49,687 nt of DNA. Origin: a virus. Taxonomy: Duplodnaviria; Caudoviricetes. Made by a program: the position numbers and the translations under genes. The stretch is taken from the IMG/VR virus record IMGVR_UViG_3300033420_000009, positions 1-49,687 of that record; one strand, written 5' to 3'. The notes beneath the pieces were generated by a model. It ran no database searches. It was given only the letters and a program-made list of their open reading frames with translations, and was not told where the DNA came from. Positions within the stretch are counted from its first letter, which is position 1. Every line of letters starts with the position of its first letter. Positions 15,732 to 25,917 of this stretch are shown here, piece by piece.

Positions 15732-17780
15732 ATGTTTGTAAACACGGAACTATTTAGAACCGAGGCAAAACATTTTTTAAAGTACGGGTACTACTGCCCG
15801 GATCCAGCTGGGAGTCTTCCATGGATGGATTATTGGAACGAACAGAACATTCGTATCCGAGAAGGATACTCTGTCGGCGGTGTAAAGATCACCGGTCATC
15901 ACTATGCATATTTGAATTTCGGTCAGATCCGACTTACTCAAACTGAGAACGAAGAGGCAACTTTAGTTAAGAACCGAGTTAAGACCGGACGAAAGATTCT
16001 CACCTTCCCGGATTTTTGGGATGGAGATTACGACTACTTCTGGAATTTTGAGATCTGTAGGTTCGGAATGGCTGCAGATAAGGTAAAGGATCTTAACCTG
16101 ATCAATACTCCTACTCTTCTAGATGGCGGACATCACATGCTGATAGCCAAGTCTCGTCGTAAAGGGTTCTCTTACAAGAACGGTAAGATCTGTGCTAACA
16201 CTTACAATACGGTCCGGAATTCAACCACACTGATTGGAGCTTTTGAGAAGAAGTACCTATATCCAAAAGGTACGATGACCATGGCGATCAACTACATGAA
16301 CTTCTACAACGAGCACACAGCTTGGGTAAAACGTCGCCAGGGAGTAAACAAACAAGAACATGTCAGGGCATCTTACTTCGAATACATCAATGGACAACCT
16401 ATTGAAAAAGGATATAAGTCCGATGTTATAGCCATTACCTTCAAAGACAATCCGGATGCTGCCCGCGGGAAAGACTCCGAGCTTATACTTTTCGAAGAGG
16501 GTGGAAAATTCAATAACCTGAAGGATTCGTTCATGGCTACAAAACCTACTGTAGAGGATGGATCTGTAACAACAGGAATGATCGTAATATTCGGAACCGG
16601 TGGAGATATGGATGGCGGTACCATCGATATGGAAGAGATGTTCTATAATCCAGAACCCTACAATATCCTTCCGTACAACAATACTTGGGATGAAGGAGCG
16701 AATGGTTCTATATGCTCATTCTTCTTCCCGGATAAACTTAACAAGATCGGATTCATCGATGGAGATGGCAACTCTCTTCAGGATGAAGCAGAGCAGTACG
16801 AATTAGAGAAAAGGGAAGTTATCAAGAAGAGCGCCAAGAGCAGCGCTGTATATGATAAGCATATCACGGAGTATTCTAATTGTCCCCGCGAAGCTTTCTT
16901 ACGTACAAGCAATAACATCTTCCCTACCATCCAACTTAACGAGTGGAGAGGATACCTACAGAGTAAGAATCTATACTCGAGTATGGGTGTTCCTGGATAC
17001 CTATCCGAAACAAAAGATAGCGGAATTAAGTTTCTTCCATCCCAGAACGTGCACATTATCACCAAGTTCCCGCATAATAGACTCGAGGATCTGACCGGTG
17101 GATTGGTAGTTTACCAAGTCCCATATAGAAGCCATGACGGTTCTATACCCGATGGAATGTATGTGATCTTTCATGACCCGTATGGTAACGACACCGATGG
17201 AGGATCTTCCCTTGGTAGCGCATTTGTGTATAAGAAGATCAACAATATATCTGGTCCGGATGACATGCTTGTTGCAAGTTACGTCGGTAGACCAAAGACT
17301 CAGGATGAGTATAACATGAATCTGTTCCTACTGGCAGAGTATTACAATGCCAAGATCGGATTTGAGAATGACCGCGGAGACGTTATCGGATACGCAAAGA
17401 GGTTCAAGAAACTTGGATGGCTAAAGAGCGAAGTTGAAATTATCGATAAGACTCACAACATCAACATTCGAAAACTCGGACGTAAGTACGGGATGAGTAT
17501 GGGTTCCGAAGAGAGAAAAGCTCAGGCAGAGATTTATCTCAGGGACTGGTTGGTAACTCCAAGAGGAAAAACAGAGGACGGAAAACAATCGCTCAATCTA
17601 CATTTTATATATGACATTCCACTGCTGGATGAACTTATCAGATACTACCGGAAAGGTAACTACGATAGGGTATCCGCACTACTTGTGGGTATGTATTATA
17701 TCAAAGATGAGATGTTAAGACCGGTTGTGGAGAATAATTATGTGGAGCAGGACGATTTTTTCTCCCGGGATTTCTTCTAA
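15732..17780 (+). CDS. terL: terminase large subunit
   Basis: Walker A-like KSRRKGFSYK, Walker B LILFEEGG, FGTGG, RNase H-like HDPY and ENDRG, GNYDRV. Confidence 0.93.
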   Translation: MFVNTELFRTEAKHFLKYGYYCPDPAGSLPWMDYWNEQNIRIREGYSVGGVKITGHHYAYLNFGQIRLTQTENEEATLVKNRVKTGRKILTFPDFWDGDYDYFWNFEICRFGMAADKVKDLNLINTPTLLDGGHHMLIAKSRRKGFSYKNGKICANTYNTVRNSTTLIGAFEKKYLYPKGTMTMAINYMNFYNEHTAWVKRRQGVNKQEHVRASYFEYINGQPIEKGYKSDVIAITFKDNPDAARGKDSELILFEEGGKFNNLKDSFMATKPTVEDGSVTTGMIVIFGTGGDMDGGTIDMEEMFYNPEPYNILPYNNTWDEGANGSICSFFFPDKLNKIGFIDGDGNSLQDEAEQYELEKREVIKKSAKSSAVYDKHITEYSNCPREAFLRTSNNIFPTIQLNEWRGYLQSKNLYSSMGVPGYLSETKDSGIKFLPSQNVHIITKFPHNRLEDLTGGLVVYQVPYRSHDGSIPDGMYVIFHDPYGNDTDGGSSLGSAFVYKKINNISGPDDMLVASYVGRPKTQDEYNMNLFLLAEYYNAKIGFENDRGDVIGYAKRFKKLGWLKSEVEIIDKTHNINIRKLGRKYGMSMGSEERKAQAEIYLRDWLVTPRGKTEDGKQSLNLHFIYDIPLLDELIRYYRKGNYDRVSALLVGMYYIKDEMLRPVVENNYVEQDDFFSRDFF

Positions 17781-17839
17781 AATAGTCTCTATAATAAGGA
17801 AAGCAGTAAAATAACTAAAAAAAGTATAAGGCATATAAA

Positions 17840-20176
17840 TTGGCATTCATGAAAACTTCCACGATTTTACCACAACAACGGCTTCCAAGATCCAAGAAAG
17901 ATAAGGATTGGGGAATTGCCTGTATGGAGGGACTTCTATCAGAAGCCAAATTCCCTTCTACCTCTTCCAAATTTGGAAAATATTACGATGCCTATAATGG
18001 TACCCTGAACCTGATGGAGTACGATTATGTGACGGATCCATATAAATCCGAAGAGTGGAAGACAAAGAAATTCCCGGCTAAGATCCGAAATTACAATATC
18101 ATCAAACCGGTTATTGATATTCTCCTTGGAGAGAAATCCCGCAGACCTCTTAACTATCATGTGGTAGCTAAGAATCCGGATACGGTTATCAAGAAGAACG
18201 ATGCGCAGAAGCAGGAAGTTATTCGAAATGTATACCAACAGTATATAAATGAGCTTAACGCACAGGGAGTAGATACCCAGAGTCCATCTCAAGAAGTTCC
18301 TCCTCCAGAGAAAGTGGTACGCGAATTCAATGAGAAGTACAAGGATACCCGGGCTATTATGGGTGAAGAAGCCATAGAAATCATGATGGCGGATCTCGAC
18401 ATAGAAGACAAGTTCATGCTTGGATTCTTTGACTGGTTGGTAACTGGATATGTCTTTACCTACAAAGGAGTTTCATTTGATGATGTTGAATATGAAATTA
18501 TTAACCCACTTGATCTTGCGTATGACAAATCTCCGGACGTGGTATTCATTGAGGATGGCAGGTATGCTATTCGTAGGAATAGGCTTACTACTAACGATAT
18601 CCTGGATAAGTTTCATGATATACTATCTCCAGAAGATATTGATTATCTGGAAGGTGGATCCAGAACCAATAGTACAACAAGCTTCAATTTACCTGGCGTA
18701 GCTTCAGCATATGCAAATGCTTCCGATGCAGAGTACCATGATGTATTTCATTTTACTTGGAAGAGCATGACCAAGACCGGATTTGTAACCTATCCTAATC
18801 CTGTTACAGGTGAAATGGAAGAAATGGTGGTATCGGAATTCTACAAGCTGGCTGAAGAAGAAAAAATTAAATGGGAATGGTTGAATGAAGTATTCGAAGG
18901 ATATAAGATAGGCGGAAATATTTATACCGAATCTGCTCCTATCAAAGCTCAGAGGACCACTATGAATAATCCTTCGAAGTGTAAGATTCCTTACAACGGA
19001 AGAGCGCTTAGTGATCGTAACTCAGAAAATATATCGGTGGTATCTCTCGGACTTCCATATCAGGTGCTGTATAATATATTCCACTATAGAATGGAACTTT
19101 CTGTAGCCAAGAACAAGGATAAGATTATGCTTATGGAAATCAATATGATTCCTAAGCGCCATGGATGGACTCATGATAAGTTTATGTATCATGCTGATGC
19201 TCTTGGATTTGCATACGTCGATTCTACAGCTGAAGGAAATGCCGGAGAGAAAGTAGGGTTCAATGGATTCCAGGTATTGGATATGTCACTCGGAAAATAC
19301 ATCGAGTCTCAGCTAAATCTTCTCGAGGTAATCAAGATGGAGTGGGAAGAGTCACTTGGTATCAATCGTCAACGCAAAGGACAGGCTCTGGCATCTGATG
19401 GAAAAGGAGTTACCGAACAAGCGCTGACCCAATCTTCAGTTATTACAGAAGAGATCTTCCGGAAATTTGAGACCGCCGAACAGAAAGATCTTCAGGGACT
19501 TCTGGACGTTTCACAAATCGCATGGAGTAAAGGAAAGAAGGGATCGTATATCAATTCGGAATATAAAACAATGTTCTTTGATATTAATCCCGATGAGTTC
19601 TGTTCTTCTGAATTAGGACTGTTTGTGGTGAATTCCGCTAAAGAAGTTGCCAAACTTAATAACCTTAGATCACTCGCACTCGAGTTTGCACAGAATAAAG
19701 CTAAGCCTTCTACTATTGCAGAGATACTCGAGGGATCCAATTTTGCCCAGATCAAGCGTAAACTCCGTGAGGTAGAGGAAGCAGAACAAGCTATGCAAGC
19801 AGCTTCTGAACAGGCTCAGCAAGAACACGAACAACTCTTACAGCAGATGGTACTTGCGCAGCGCGAGGACGAGCAAGCACATGAGATGGAACTTAAGCGT
19901 GTCGATATCGACGGTAAAATAATGGTAGAGCAGATGAAGATCGATGCTACACTCTTTGGATCCGACATAGACGGGAATGGAGAGATGGATATCAACGAAC
20001 TTGAGAAGAGAAATCTGGACAGGGAGAAATTCTACATGGATCTATCCGAGAAACGCTCCGCCAGAATGGACCAGGTTAATCTTAAAAAGCAAGAACTTCA
20101 GCTTAAAGATAAGCAGATCGATACCCAGCTTAAGATAGCCAAAGAGAACAAGAACAAATTCGACAAGAAAAAATAG
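17840..20176 (+). CDS. portal protein
   Basis: 778 aa directly after TerL; YNIIKPVIDILLGE and GINRQRKG motifs, coiled-coil C-terminus typical of crAss-like portals. Confidence 0.88.
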   Translation: MAFMKTSTILPQQRLPRSKKDKDWGIACMEGLLSEAKFPSTSSKFGKYYDAYNGTLNLMEYDYVTDPYKSEEWKTKKFPAKIRNYNIIKPVIDILLGEKSRRPLNYHVVAKNPDTVIKKNDAQKQEVIRNVYQQYINELNAQGVDTQSPSQEVPPPEKVVREFNEKYKDTRAIMGEEAIEIMMADLDIEDKFMLGFFDWLVTGYVFTYKGVSFDDVEYEIINPLDLAYDKSPDVVFIEDGRYAIRRNRLTTNDILDKFHDILSPEDIDYLEGGSRTNSTTSFNLPGVASAYANASDAEYHDVFHFTWKSMTKTGFVTYPNPVTGEMEEMVVSEFYKLAEEEKIKWEWLNEVFEGYKIGGNIYTESAPIKAQRTTMNNPSKCKIPYNGRALSDRNSENISVVSLGLPYQVLYNIFHYRMELSVAKNKDKIMLMEINMIPKRHGWTHDKFMYHADALGFAYVDSTAEGNAGEKVGFNGFQVLDMSLGKYIESQLNLLEVIKMEWEESLGINRQRKGQALASDGKGVTEQALTQSSVITEEIFRKFETAEQKDLQGLLDVSQIAWSKGKKGSYINSEYKTMFFDINPDEFCSSELGLFVVNSAKEVAKLNNLRSLALEFAQNKAKPSTIAEILEGSNFAQIKRKLREVEEAEQAMQAASEQAQQEHEQLLQQMVLAQREDEQAHEMELKRVDIDGKIMVEQMKIDATLFGSDIDGNGEMDINELEKRNLDREKFYMDLSEKRSARMDQVNLKKQELQLKDKQIDTQLKIAKENKNKFDKKK

Positions 20177-20244
20177 TCTATAGTATATAACACATAACGC
20201 TAAAATAATAAAACATCACACATTAACTTAATTTCAACGCAACA

Positions 20245-21324
20245 ATGACAACAAAAGCTGAAAATTTACTCGACAAAATGTCCTTCATGGACATGATTAC
20301 TGAAGGCGATAATTTGCCTCCAGCAAAACCTTCTGGGGATGATGGTATAGATGATCCGGAAAGAATAGATGATTTGGATGATAAACCAATTCCTCCTGTT
20401 AAGCCGGCTGATAAGCCAAAGGATACTACTAAACCTGTAGAGGATGAAGTAGAAGACGATACCCAAGCAGACGACGAACCAGGAGAAGGATTGATTGGTA
20501 CCATGGCTAAAACCTTCGGGATCAATTTTGAAGAAGGAGAAACATACGAAGACACTGAAGATGGTCTTATAAGTTTCACTAAGAAGGCAGCAGAGCAAAT
20601 GGCAATGCAGAATCTTGAAGAGCTCTTTGAAAAACTTCCTGACGTTCAGGAATACTTGCAGTACAGAATGGACGGAGGAGATCCTTCTAAATATCACACT
20701 GCTCAAGCACAAACTGATTATGTATCAGCTGAACTTAAAGAGGACGATGTAAGAACCCAGAAAGCTGTTCTATCGGATCTTCTTAAAAGACAGGGATACG
20801 ATAAAGCTGAGATCGATGAGACTCTACAGGACTACGAGGATACCGGAATTCTCTTCAAGCAGAGCAAGAAAGCACAGACTAAACTTTCTACTTTGGTAGA
20901 ATCAGAAAGAGCTCAGGTAGTTCAGTCTCAAGCTAAAGCAGCAGCTGAAAGAGAAAAAGAGAATGTTGCTTATTGGTCAACAATTCAAAAGACGATTGAA
21001 AGTGGAGAACTTAAAGGAATAAAGATTCCTGAAACTGAAAAGAAAAAGTTCTACGATTGGATTAATAAACCTGTAGACAAACAGGGAAATACAGCCAGAG
21101 CAGTAGCTCGAAAAGAAATGGATACACAGACCGTACTCGCTTTGGAGTACATGTTCTATAAAAATCTTGATTTGGGAAGTTTGGTTACAGCTAAAGCTAA
21201 AACCATTCAGGCTCAAACTTTAAGAGATAAACTTAATACCGGGAGTACCGGAAACAGAATGGGTAAGTCAGTTACTAAACCTACAAGACAGGTTCAGTTA
21301 CCGAGCACCGAGAGTATCTTCTAA
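20245..21324 (+). CDS. capsid scaffolding-type protein
   Basis: acidic, low-complexity N-terminus; helical; lies between portal and MCP. Confidence 0.7.
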   Translation: MTTKAENLLDKMSFMDMITEGDNLPPAKPSGDDGIDDPERIDDLDDKPIPPVKPADKPKDTTKPVEDEVEDDTQADDEPGEGLIGTMAKTFGINFEEGETYEDTEDGLISFTKKAAEQMAMQNLEELFEKLPDVQEYLQYRMDGGDPSKYHTAQAQTDYVSAELKEDDVRTQKAVLSDLLKRQGYDKAEIDETLQDYEDTGILFKQSKKAQTKLSTLVESERAQVVQSQAKAAAEREKENVAYWSTIQKTIESGELKGIKIPETEKKKFYDWINKPVDKQGNTARAVARKEMDTQTVLALEYMFYKNLDLGSLVTAKAKTIQAQTLRDKLNTGSTGNRMGKSVTKPTRQVQLPSTESIF

Positions 21325-21415
21325 GGTATTCATTAGCACACATAAAGAGTTAAGCATTGTTTGCCATGGTACTTGGCACAAATAAATTTTATTAATAATT
21401 TAAAAACCAAGTACA

Positions 21416-22846
21416 ATGGCTTCTGACAATGTTTCAAAATTGCGTCTTTACGAAGACACCTGGAACGCGGAGAGCATGACAGACGAGAATTCCCTGGCGA
21501 ATGCGTTGCTGACTCAACCCGATGTTCTTTCTCCTGTACTTACTCATCTCGCAGGTCGCGAAGACAAGAGGTTTCCTCTTTCCTTCTTGACTGAAGGTAT
21601 GGGTAATGTAAAACAGATCAATGGTATCGAATATGATTATCCAGTAATGGGTCGTCTAAACAAAGCGGTAAAAGCTATCGCTGTATCAGGTACCGGTCTG
21701 GGATTCTCTATTTTCGAAATCACTTTCGCTGAAAAGTGGTTCGTAAGACAGTACATTATCGAGAACCCCGCTGGAAAGCAGGCTCGTATCGTGGCTGATC
21801 CTATTCCTGTCCAAGGTGGTTACAAATACCCTGTTCAGATTGTAAGTAATGACCCAGCAGATTTCTTTGCTTCCGCCGACGTTATTGGTAGAAACTTCGT
21901 ATCTCTGTTTGCTCCTGTTGCTGCATCTGGATCAAGAGGTAATGAATCACATTGGGTTGCTCCTTCCAAGATGCGTAACCAGATCACACACATCAGGAAA
22001 TCCTATCGTTATGAAGGAAACATTCCTAACCGTGTTGTGAACGTAGAGTTCAACATCGATGGAAAGAAAACTACCTTATGGTATGATTTCGAAGAGTACC
22101 AGCACATGCTTCGCTGGAAAGAAGAAGTAGAATACAATCTTTGGTATTCCAAGTACAACAGGGATTCCGCTGGAGCAATCCACTTAAAAGATGAAAACGG
22201 GAACGTGATTCCTTTGGGTTCAGGTCTTATCGACCAAATTCCTAATACTGATCAGTATGCAATCCTGACAGCTAAAAAACTGAAAAATGCTGTAAGAGAC
22301 GTTCTCTACGGTGCTTCAGATGCTTCACAGATGAACATCCTGCTTTATTCAGGTATCGGTGGATTAGAAGAATTTGATAATGCTATGAAGAGCGAATTGG
22401 GCGCTGGAGCATACATCAAAAACACTGATCCAAAATCTTTCGTAACTGGTAGTGGAAGAAACCTCACCCTTGGTGGATTCTTCACAAGCTATCAGCACAT
22501 CGATGGTCACACTATCACAGTGAGACATCTTCCTCTTCTGGATCACGGCGCTCGCGCTTTGAACTCAGATAAACACCCTATCACCGGTCTTCCTTTGGAA
22601 TCGTACAAAATGATCTTCGTTGACCATTCTGTATATGATGGTGAATCAAACATCAAGCTCGTAACACAGAAGGGTCGTGAGATGCTTCGTTGGGCTGTTG
22701 CAGGTTCTACTATTCCTCCAGGATTCTCTGGAAATGCTCTTCGCGCTACTGACGTTGACGGTGCATCCGTACACTTCATGAAAGCTGCCGGAGTTGCAAT
22801 TCGCAGAGCAACCAATTGCTTAACCCTTGATTGCGTAATGTCGTAG
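21416..22846 (+). CDS. major capsid protein (crAss-like)
   Basis: 476 aa; TDENSL, MRNQITHIRKS, G.GLIDQI, GGFFTSY.HIDGH motifs; followed by a strong terminator. Confidence 0.88.
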   Translation: MASDNVSKLRLYEDTWNAESMTDENSLANALLTQPDVLSPVLTHLAGREDKRFPLSFLTEGMGNVKQINGIEYDYPVMGRLNKAVKAIAVSGTGLGFSIFEITFAEKWFVRQYIIENPAGKQARIVADPIPVQGGYKYPVQIVSNDPADFFASADVIGRNFVSLFAPVAASGSRGNESHWVAPSKMRNQITHIRKSYRYEGNIPNRVVNVEFNIDGKKTTLWYDFEEYQHMLRWKEEVEYNLWYSKYNRDSAGAIHLKDENGNVIPLGSGLIDQIPNTDQYAILTAKKLKNAVRDVLYGASDASQMNILLYSGIGGLEEFDNAMKSELGAGAYIKNTDPKSFVTGSGRNLTLGGFFTSYQHIDGHTITVRHLPLLDHGARALNSDKHPITGLPLESYKMIFVDHSVYDGESNIKLVTQKGREMLRWAVAGSTIPPGFSGNALRATDVDGASVHFMKAAGVAIRRATNCLTLDCVMS

Positions 22847-22862
22847 TCAATGTTCTTATAAA

Positions 22863-22894
22863 AAGTAGCTCTCTTCGGAGGGCTACTTCTTTTT
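22863..22894 (+). terminator. intrinsic terminator
   Basis: AAGTAGCTCTC-TTCG-GAGGGCTACTT then T-run. Confidence 0.9.
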
Positions 22895-22926
22895 GTTAAT
22901 ACTCACATCAAAAAACAACAAACACA

Positions 22927-23733
22927 ATGGCACAAGATTTAATCTACATCAAACGCAAATTATCAAAAAAGAATTTACCAAAAGAGTTGTTCACCGATAG
23001 TCATGAGAAAATCGGAGCAACCTTTACAAAGACCGGCGAAATAAACAGCGGTCTGACTTTGAAGGAAAAGAAAACCCTTCTCCCCTCTCTGCTCGGTACC
23101 AATGATACCGATCCTTTGTTTTACAATAAGGTTAACGAGTTCTTCGCTAATCTTTCGATCAATGTGAAACTCGATGAGCCGGTTATCCTGGATGTTACCA
23201 TGGATGACGACATTCCGCAGAACCCTCTGGATTACATCAAATGGAAATTTGCAAAAGCAAACCCAAAGGTTTCATCTACTAAAGAAACAGAAAATGACTG
23301 CCAGTTCATCATGGAGAATCCTAAACTCATTATGGACGCGAAGAAAGAAACCTTAAGCAAGAAAAAAGGTGCTTACAAGGAATTCATTAAACTGTCAGCT
23401 TCAGAAAGTAAGATGAAACAGGTTATGGTTAACGCCGGAATCTTTGATGCTAAAAGAGATCAGTCCGAGTGGGAACTTATCCTTGAAGAATACGTCGAAA
23501 AGAATCCTACCGGATTTATGGAGATTCTTGCAGATGCAAACCTGGAGACCAAGTTCTTTATTAACAGCTGCATCACTGCAGAGGTCTTAAGAAAAGTTGG
23601 AACTGCTATTTTGAATGGCGACCAGACCATTGGTAATACAATGGAAGAAGCTGTAATTTTTATACAGGATAAAGCTAATAGTGATGTTTTTGCAACACTA
23701 AAAGCTCGTCTTGCTGAATTCGAAAAGAAATAG
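22927..23733 (+). CDS. conserved crAss-like virion-module protein downstream of MCP
   Basis: position; P.NPLDYI and IG.TMEEAV.F motifs. Confidence 0.65.
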   Translation: MAQDLIYIKRKLSKKNLPKELFTDSHEKIGATFTKTGEINSGLTLKEKKTLLPSLLGTNDTDPLFYNKVNEFFANLSINVKLDEPVILDVTMDDDIPQNPLDYIKWKFAKANPKVSSTKETENDCQFIMENPKLIMDAKKETLSKKKGAYKEFIKLSASESKMKQVMVNAGIFDAKRDQSEWELILEEYVEKNPTGFMEILADANLETKFFINSCITAEVLRKVGTAILNGDQTIGNTMEEAVIFIQDKANSDVFATLKARLAEFEKK

Positions 23734-23740
23734 TAATAAT

Positions 23741-23770
23741 ACCCCCGGGATTAACTCGGGGGTTAATTTT
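23741..23770 (+). terminator. intrinsic terminator
   Basis: CCCCCGGG-ATTAA-CTCGGGGG then T-rich tail. Confidence 0.7.
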
Positions 23771-23777
23771 ATACCTC

Positions 23778-24356
23778 ATGCAATACCACTGGATACTGGA
23801 CAACGGACATGGAGAAGATACTCCTGGTAAGAGATCCCCGATATGGGTCGACGGAAGTCAACTATTTGAATGGGAACTAAATCGAGATATAGTAGAAAGA
23901 GTAGCCAATTTTCTTACATGCCGAGGGATAACTCATACAGTTCTGGTCCCAGAAACAAATGATATCTCTCTTAAGGAACGAGTTAAACGAGCCAACACGA
24001 TATTCATTACGGATCGGAATTCCATTCTAATTAGCGTTCATGCTAATGCAGGTGGTGGAGAAGGATGGGAAATATTCACAACAAAAGGTGAAACAGCTTC
24101 TGATAGAATAGCTACTAAATTCTACAAAGTATTCAAAGCTGAATTCCGGGAAGAGAAATTCAGACTGGACATGTCTGACGGGGATCCTGATAAGGAAGAA
24201 GACTTTTACATTATTAAAAATACAAAGATGCCGGCTGTACTTATAGAGAACTTCTTTATGGATACTCTTGGAGAATCCAAGAAACTCCTGAATAGTTCTT
24301 TCAGGCAGCGCATTGCCAATGCTATCATTAAGTCAATATTAACAATAGAACAATGA
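23778..24356 (+). CDS. N-acetylmuramoyl-L-alanine amidase (Amidase_3 endolysin)
   Basis: LDNGHG, E, ISVHANA, PAVLIENFFMD zinc/catalytic motifs. Confidence 0.93.
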   Translation: MQYHWILDNGHGEDTPGKRSPIWVDGSQLFEWELNRDIVERVANFLTCRGITHTVLVPETNDISLKERVKRANTIFITDRNSILISVHANAGGGEGWEIFTTKGETASDRIATKFYKVFKAEFREEKFRLDMSDGDPDKEEDFYIIKNTKMPAVLIENFFMDTLGESKKLLNSSFRQRIANAIIKSILTIEQ

Positions 24357-24667
24357 AGCGTATAATTATTTTAACTCTTGTGCTTGTCTTCTTTATCGTA
24401 CTGCTTCCGAATGTTCATAAACCTCCTACGGATATGGATCCTTGCAAATTCATTAGGGATTCTCTTGAATTGAGAATTAAACAGGACAGTGTTATACTGG
24501 ATTCCTTAAGTAAAGTAACCAAAGAACTATGGTATTTAAGAGATTCTTTAGAGTCTAAAAACAAAGAAATAAATTCAAAGTATGAGAAAGTTGTTGGTGC
24601 TATGGGCACTTGGTCTGATGATCAACACGCTGTGTTTTTCTCAGCTGAAACAGATGACAAACGATAG
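24353..24667 (+). CDS. putative i-spanin-like membrane protein
   Basis: N-terminal TM plus coiled coil, next to endolysin. Confidence 0.55.
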   Translation: MKRIIILTLVLVFFIVLLPNVHKPPTDMDPCKFIRDSLELRIKQDSVILDSLSKVTKELWYLRDSLESKNKEINSKYEKVVGAMGTWSDDQHAVFFSAETDDKR

Positions 24668-24998
24668 TATCAAAGGATACTTTGTACCATCTGAAAATAT
24701 TAAGAATGCGAATCTAAAATTCGTGGAGCTATCGCGTCTTCAGAAGCAGTCTGTACTTAAGGACTCTCTAATTGTAATATGCTATGGGCAGGTAGATAAC
24801 TATAGAAATATGTTAGAAGTATCCATGGAAAACGCTTTAGCGGAGAAGGCAAAAAATATAAGTCTTGAGAAAGTAAATCAAGAACTCGAACTTAACTTGG
24901 ATGATACAGAAACGAAACTTAAGGAGACTAAAACTAAGTTAGCTCTTTGGAAATTAGGATATATACCTGTTGTAATTCTACTATTTTTAATAAAGTAA
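24582..24998 (+). CDS. putative o-/u-spanin-like protein
   Basis: overlaps the previous gene; signal peptide with Cys, coiled coil, C-terminal hydrophobic tail. Confidence 0.55.
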   Translation: MRKLLVLWALGLMINTLCFSQLKQMTNDSIKGYFVPSENIKNANLKFVELSRLQKQSVLKDSLIVICYGQVDNYRNMLEVSMENALAEKAKNISLEKVNQELELNLDDTETKLKETKTKLALWKLGYIPVVILLFLIK

Positions 24999-25002
24999 TA
25001 CG

Positions 25003-25899
25003 ATGACTATCAGTGAAATGCATATCGCTATCGATCAGAAAATACAGAAGATTAATGCTTTTGTAGTAGATGATGTGCGCCCGGAAGAGAAAGACATGTT
25101 TCTTAATGATATGGCTGAGCGCTTTATCAAACAGAGATTCTTTGCTTTTAGTAATTCCAAGCAAGTTGGATTCGAAGAGACTCAAAAGAGATTGATGGAT
25201 CTCCAGACTCTTATTTCTACAGCCAGAATTCTACCAGATGATCCTGATGGATTGGATAATATTACTTACCAATTTCCTACAAGTGAGGATGTTATGTTTC
25301 CTGTTAGTATAAGCGGGTCTATATTCGAAGTAAATCGCGAGATACTAAAGACCAGCAAGTTTGAACTTAAATACAGAGGTACTAAAGATCCAGCTTCTGC
25401 TGCTTTGGCAAATCCAGAACTTGGAGACTTCATACTTATAGGAGCAAAAGGAGATTTTGCAAATTACCCAATGGCACTTGCAACTCCCAATACCGCTACT
25501 ATTAATGACGTGCTTTATTATAATGGGACTTTCTGGACCAAGATTTCCGGAAGTCTATTCAATAAAACCAGACTTAATGTTCCAGTTAGAGTACTTGAAC
25601 ATGAGTTTTTGATAAAACTTCTCGATAATCCGTTTGCAGAAAGCTCTAAATCTTCTCCTGTTTGTGTGATTAGAAACAATACAATTATAGGATACTCTGG
25701 TAAAAGGTTTCTATTAAAAGAGCTGAATATGTTCTTTATTAGGAAACCGGAACCCATGAGTTTATCTTCAAGTTCTGATTGTGAATTACCTGCACACACA
25801 CATTCTGAAATCGTGGATATGACAGTGAAACATATACTCGAAATTATAGAGTCGGGAAGGTACCAGGGAAACTCACTTGAAAATAAAGAAACTGAATAA
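25003..25899 (+). CDS. tail ring/head-tail adaptor protein (crAss-like)
   Basis: GFEETQKR..DL and CELP.HTH.EIVD motifs. Confidence 0.7.
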   Translation: MTISEMHIAIDQKIQKINAFVVDDVRPEEKDMFLNDMAERFIKQRFFAFSNSKQVGFEETQKRLMDLQTLISTARILPDDPDGLDNITYQFPTSEDVMFPVSISGSIFEVNREILKTSKFELKYRGTKDPASAALANPELGDFILIGAKGDFANYPMALATPNTATINDVLYYNGTFWTKISGSLFNKTRLNVPVRVLEHEFLIKLLDNPFAESSKSSPVCVIRNNTIIGYSGKRFLLKELNMFFIRKPEPMSLSSSSDCELPAHTHSEIVDMTVKHILEIIESGRYQGNSLENKETE

Positions 25900-25917
25900 T
25901 AATTTAAAATTTACACA

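Noticed and set aside
15732-17780. intein or intron in TerL
   Set aside because: The ORF is continuous, of ordinary length, with no intein splice motifs noticed.
15189-23356. many 60-150 aa antisense or alternate-frame ORFs in the ORF track
   Set aside because: They are shadow ORFs of well-supported long genes, with no motifs or leaders.
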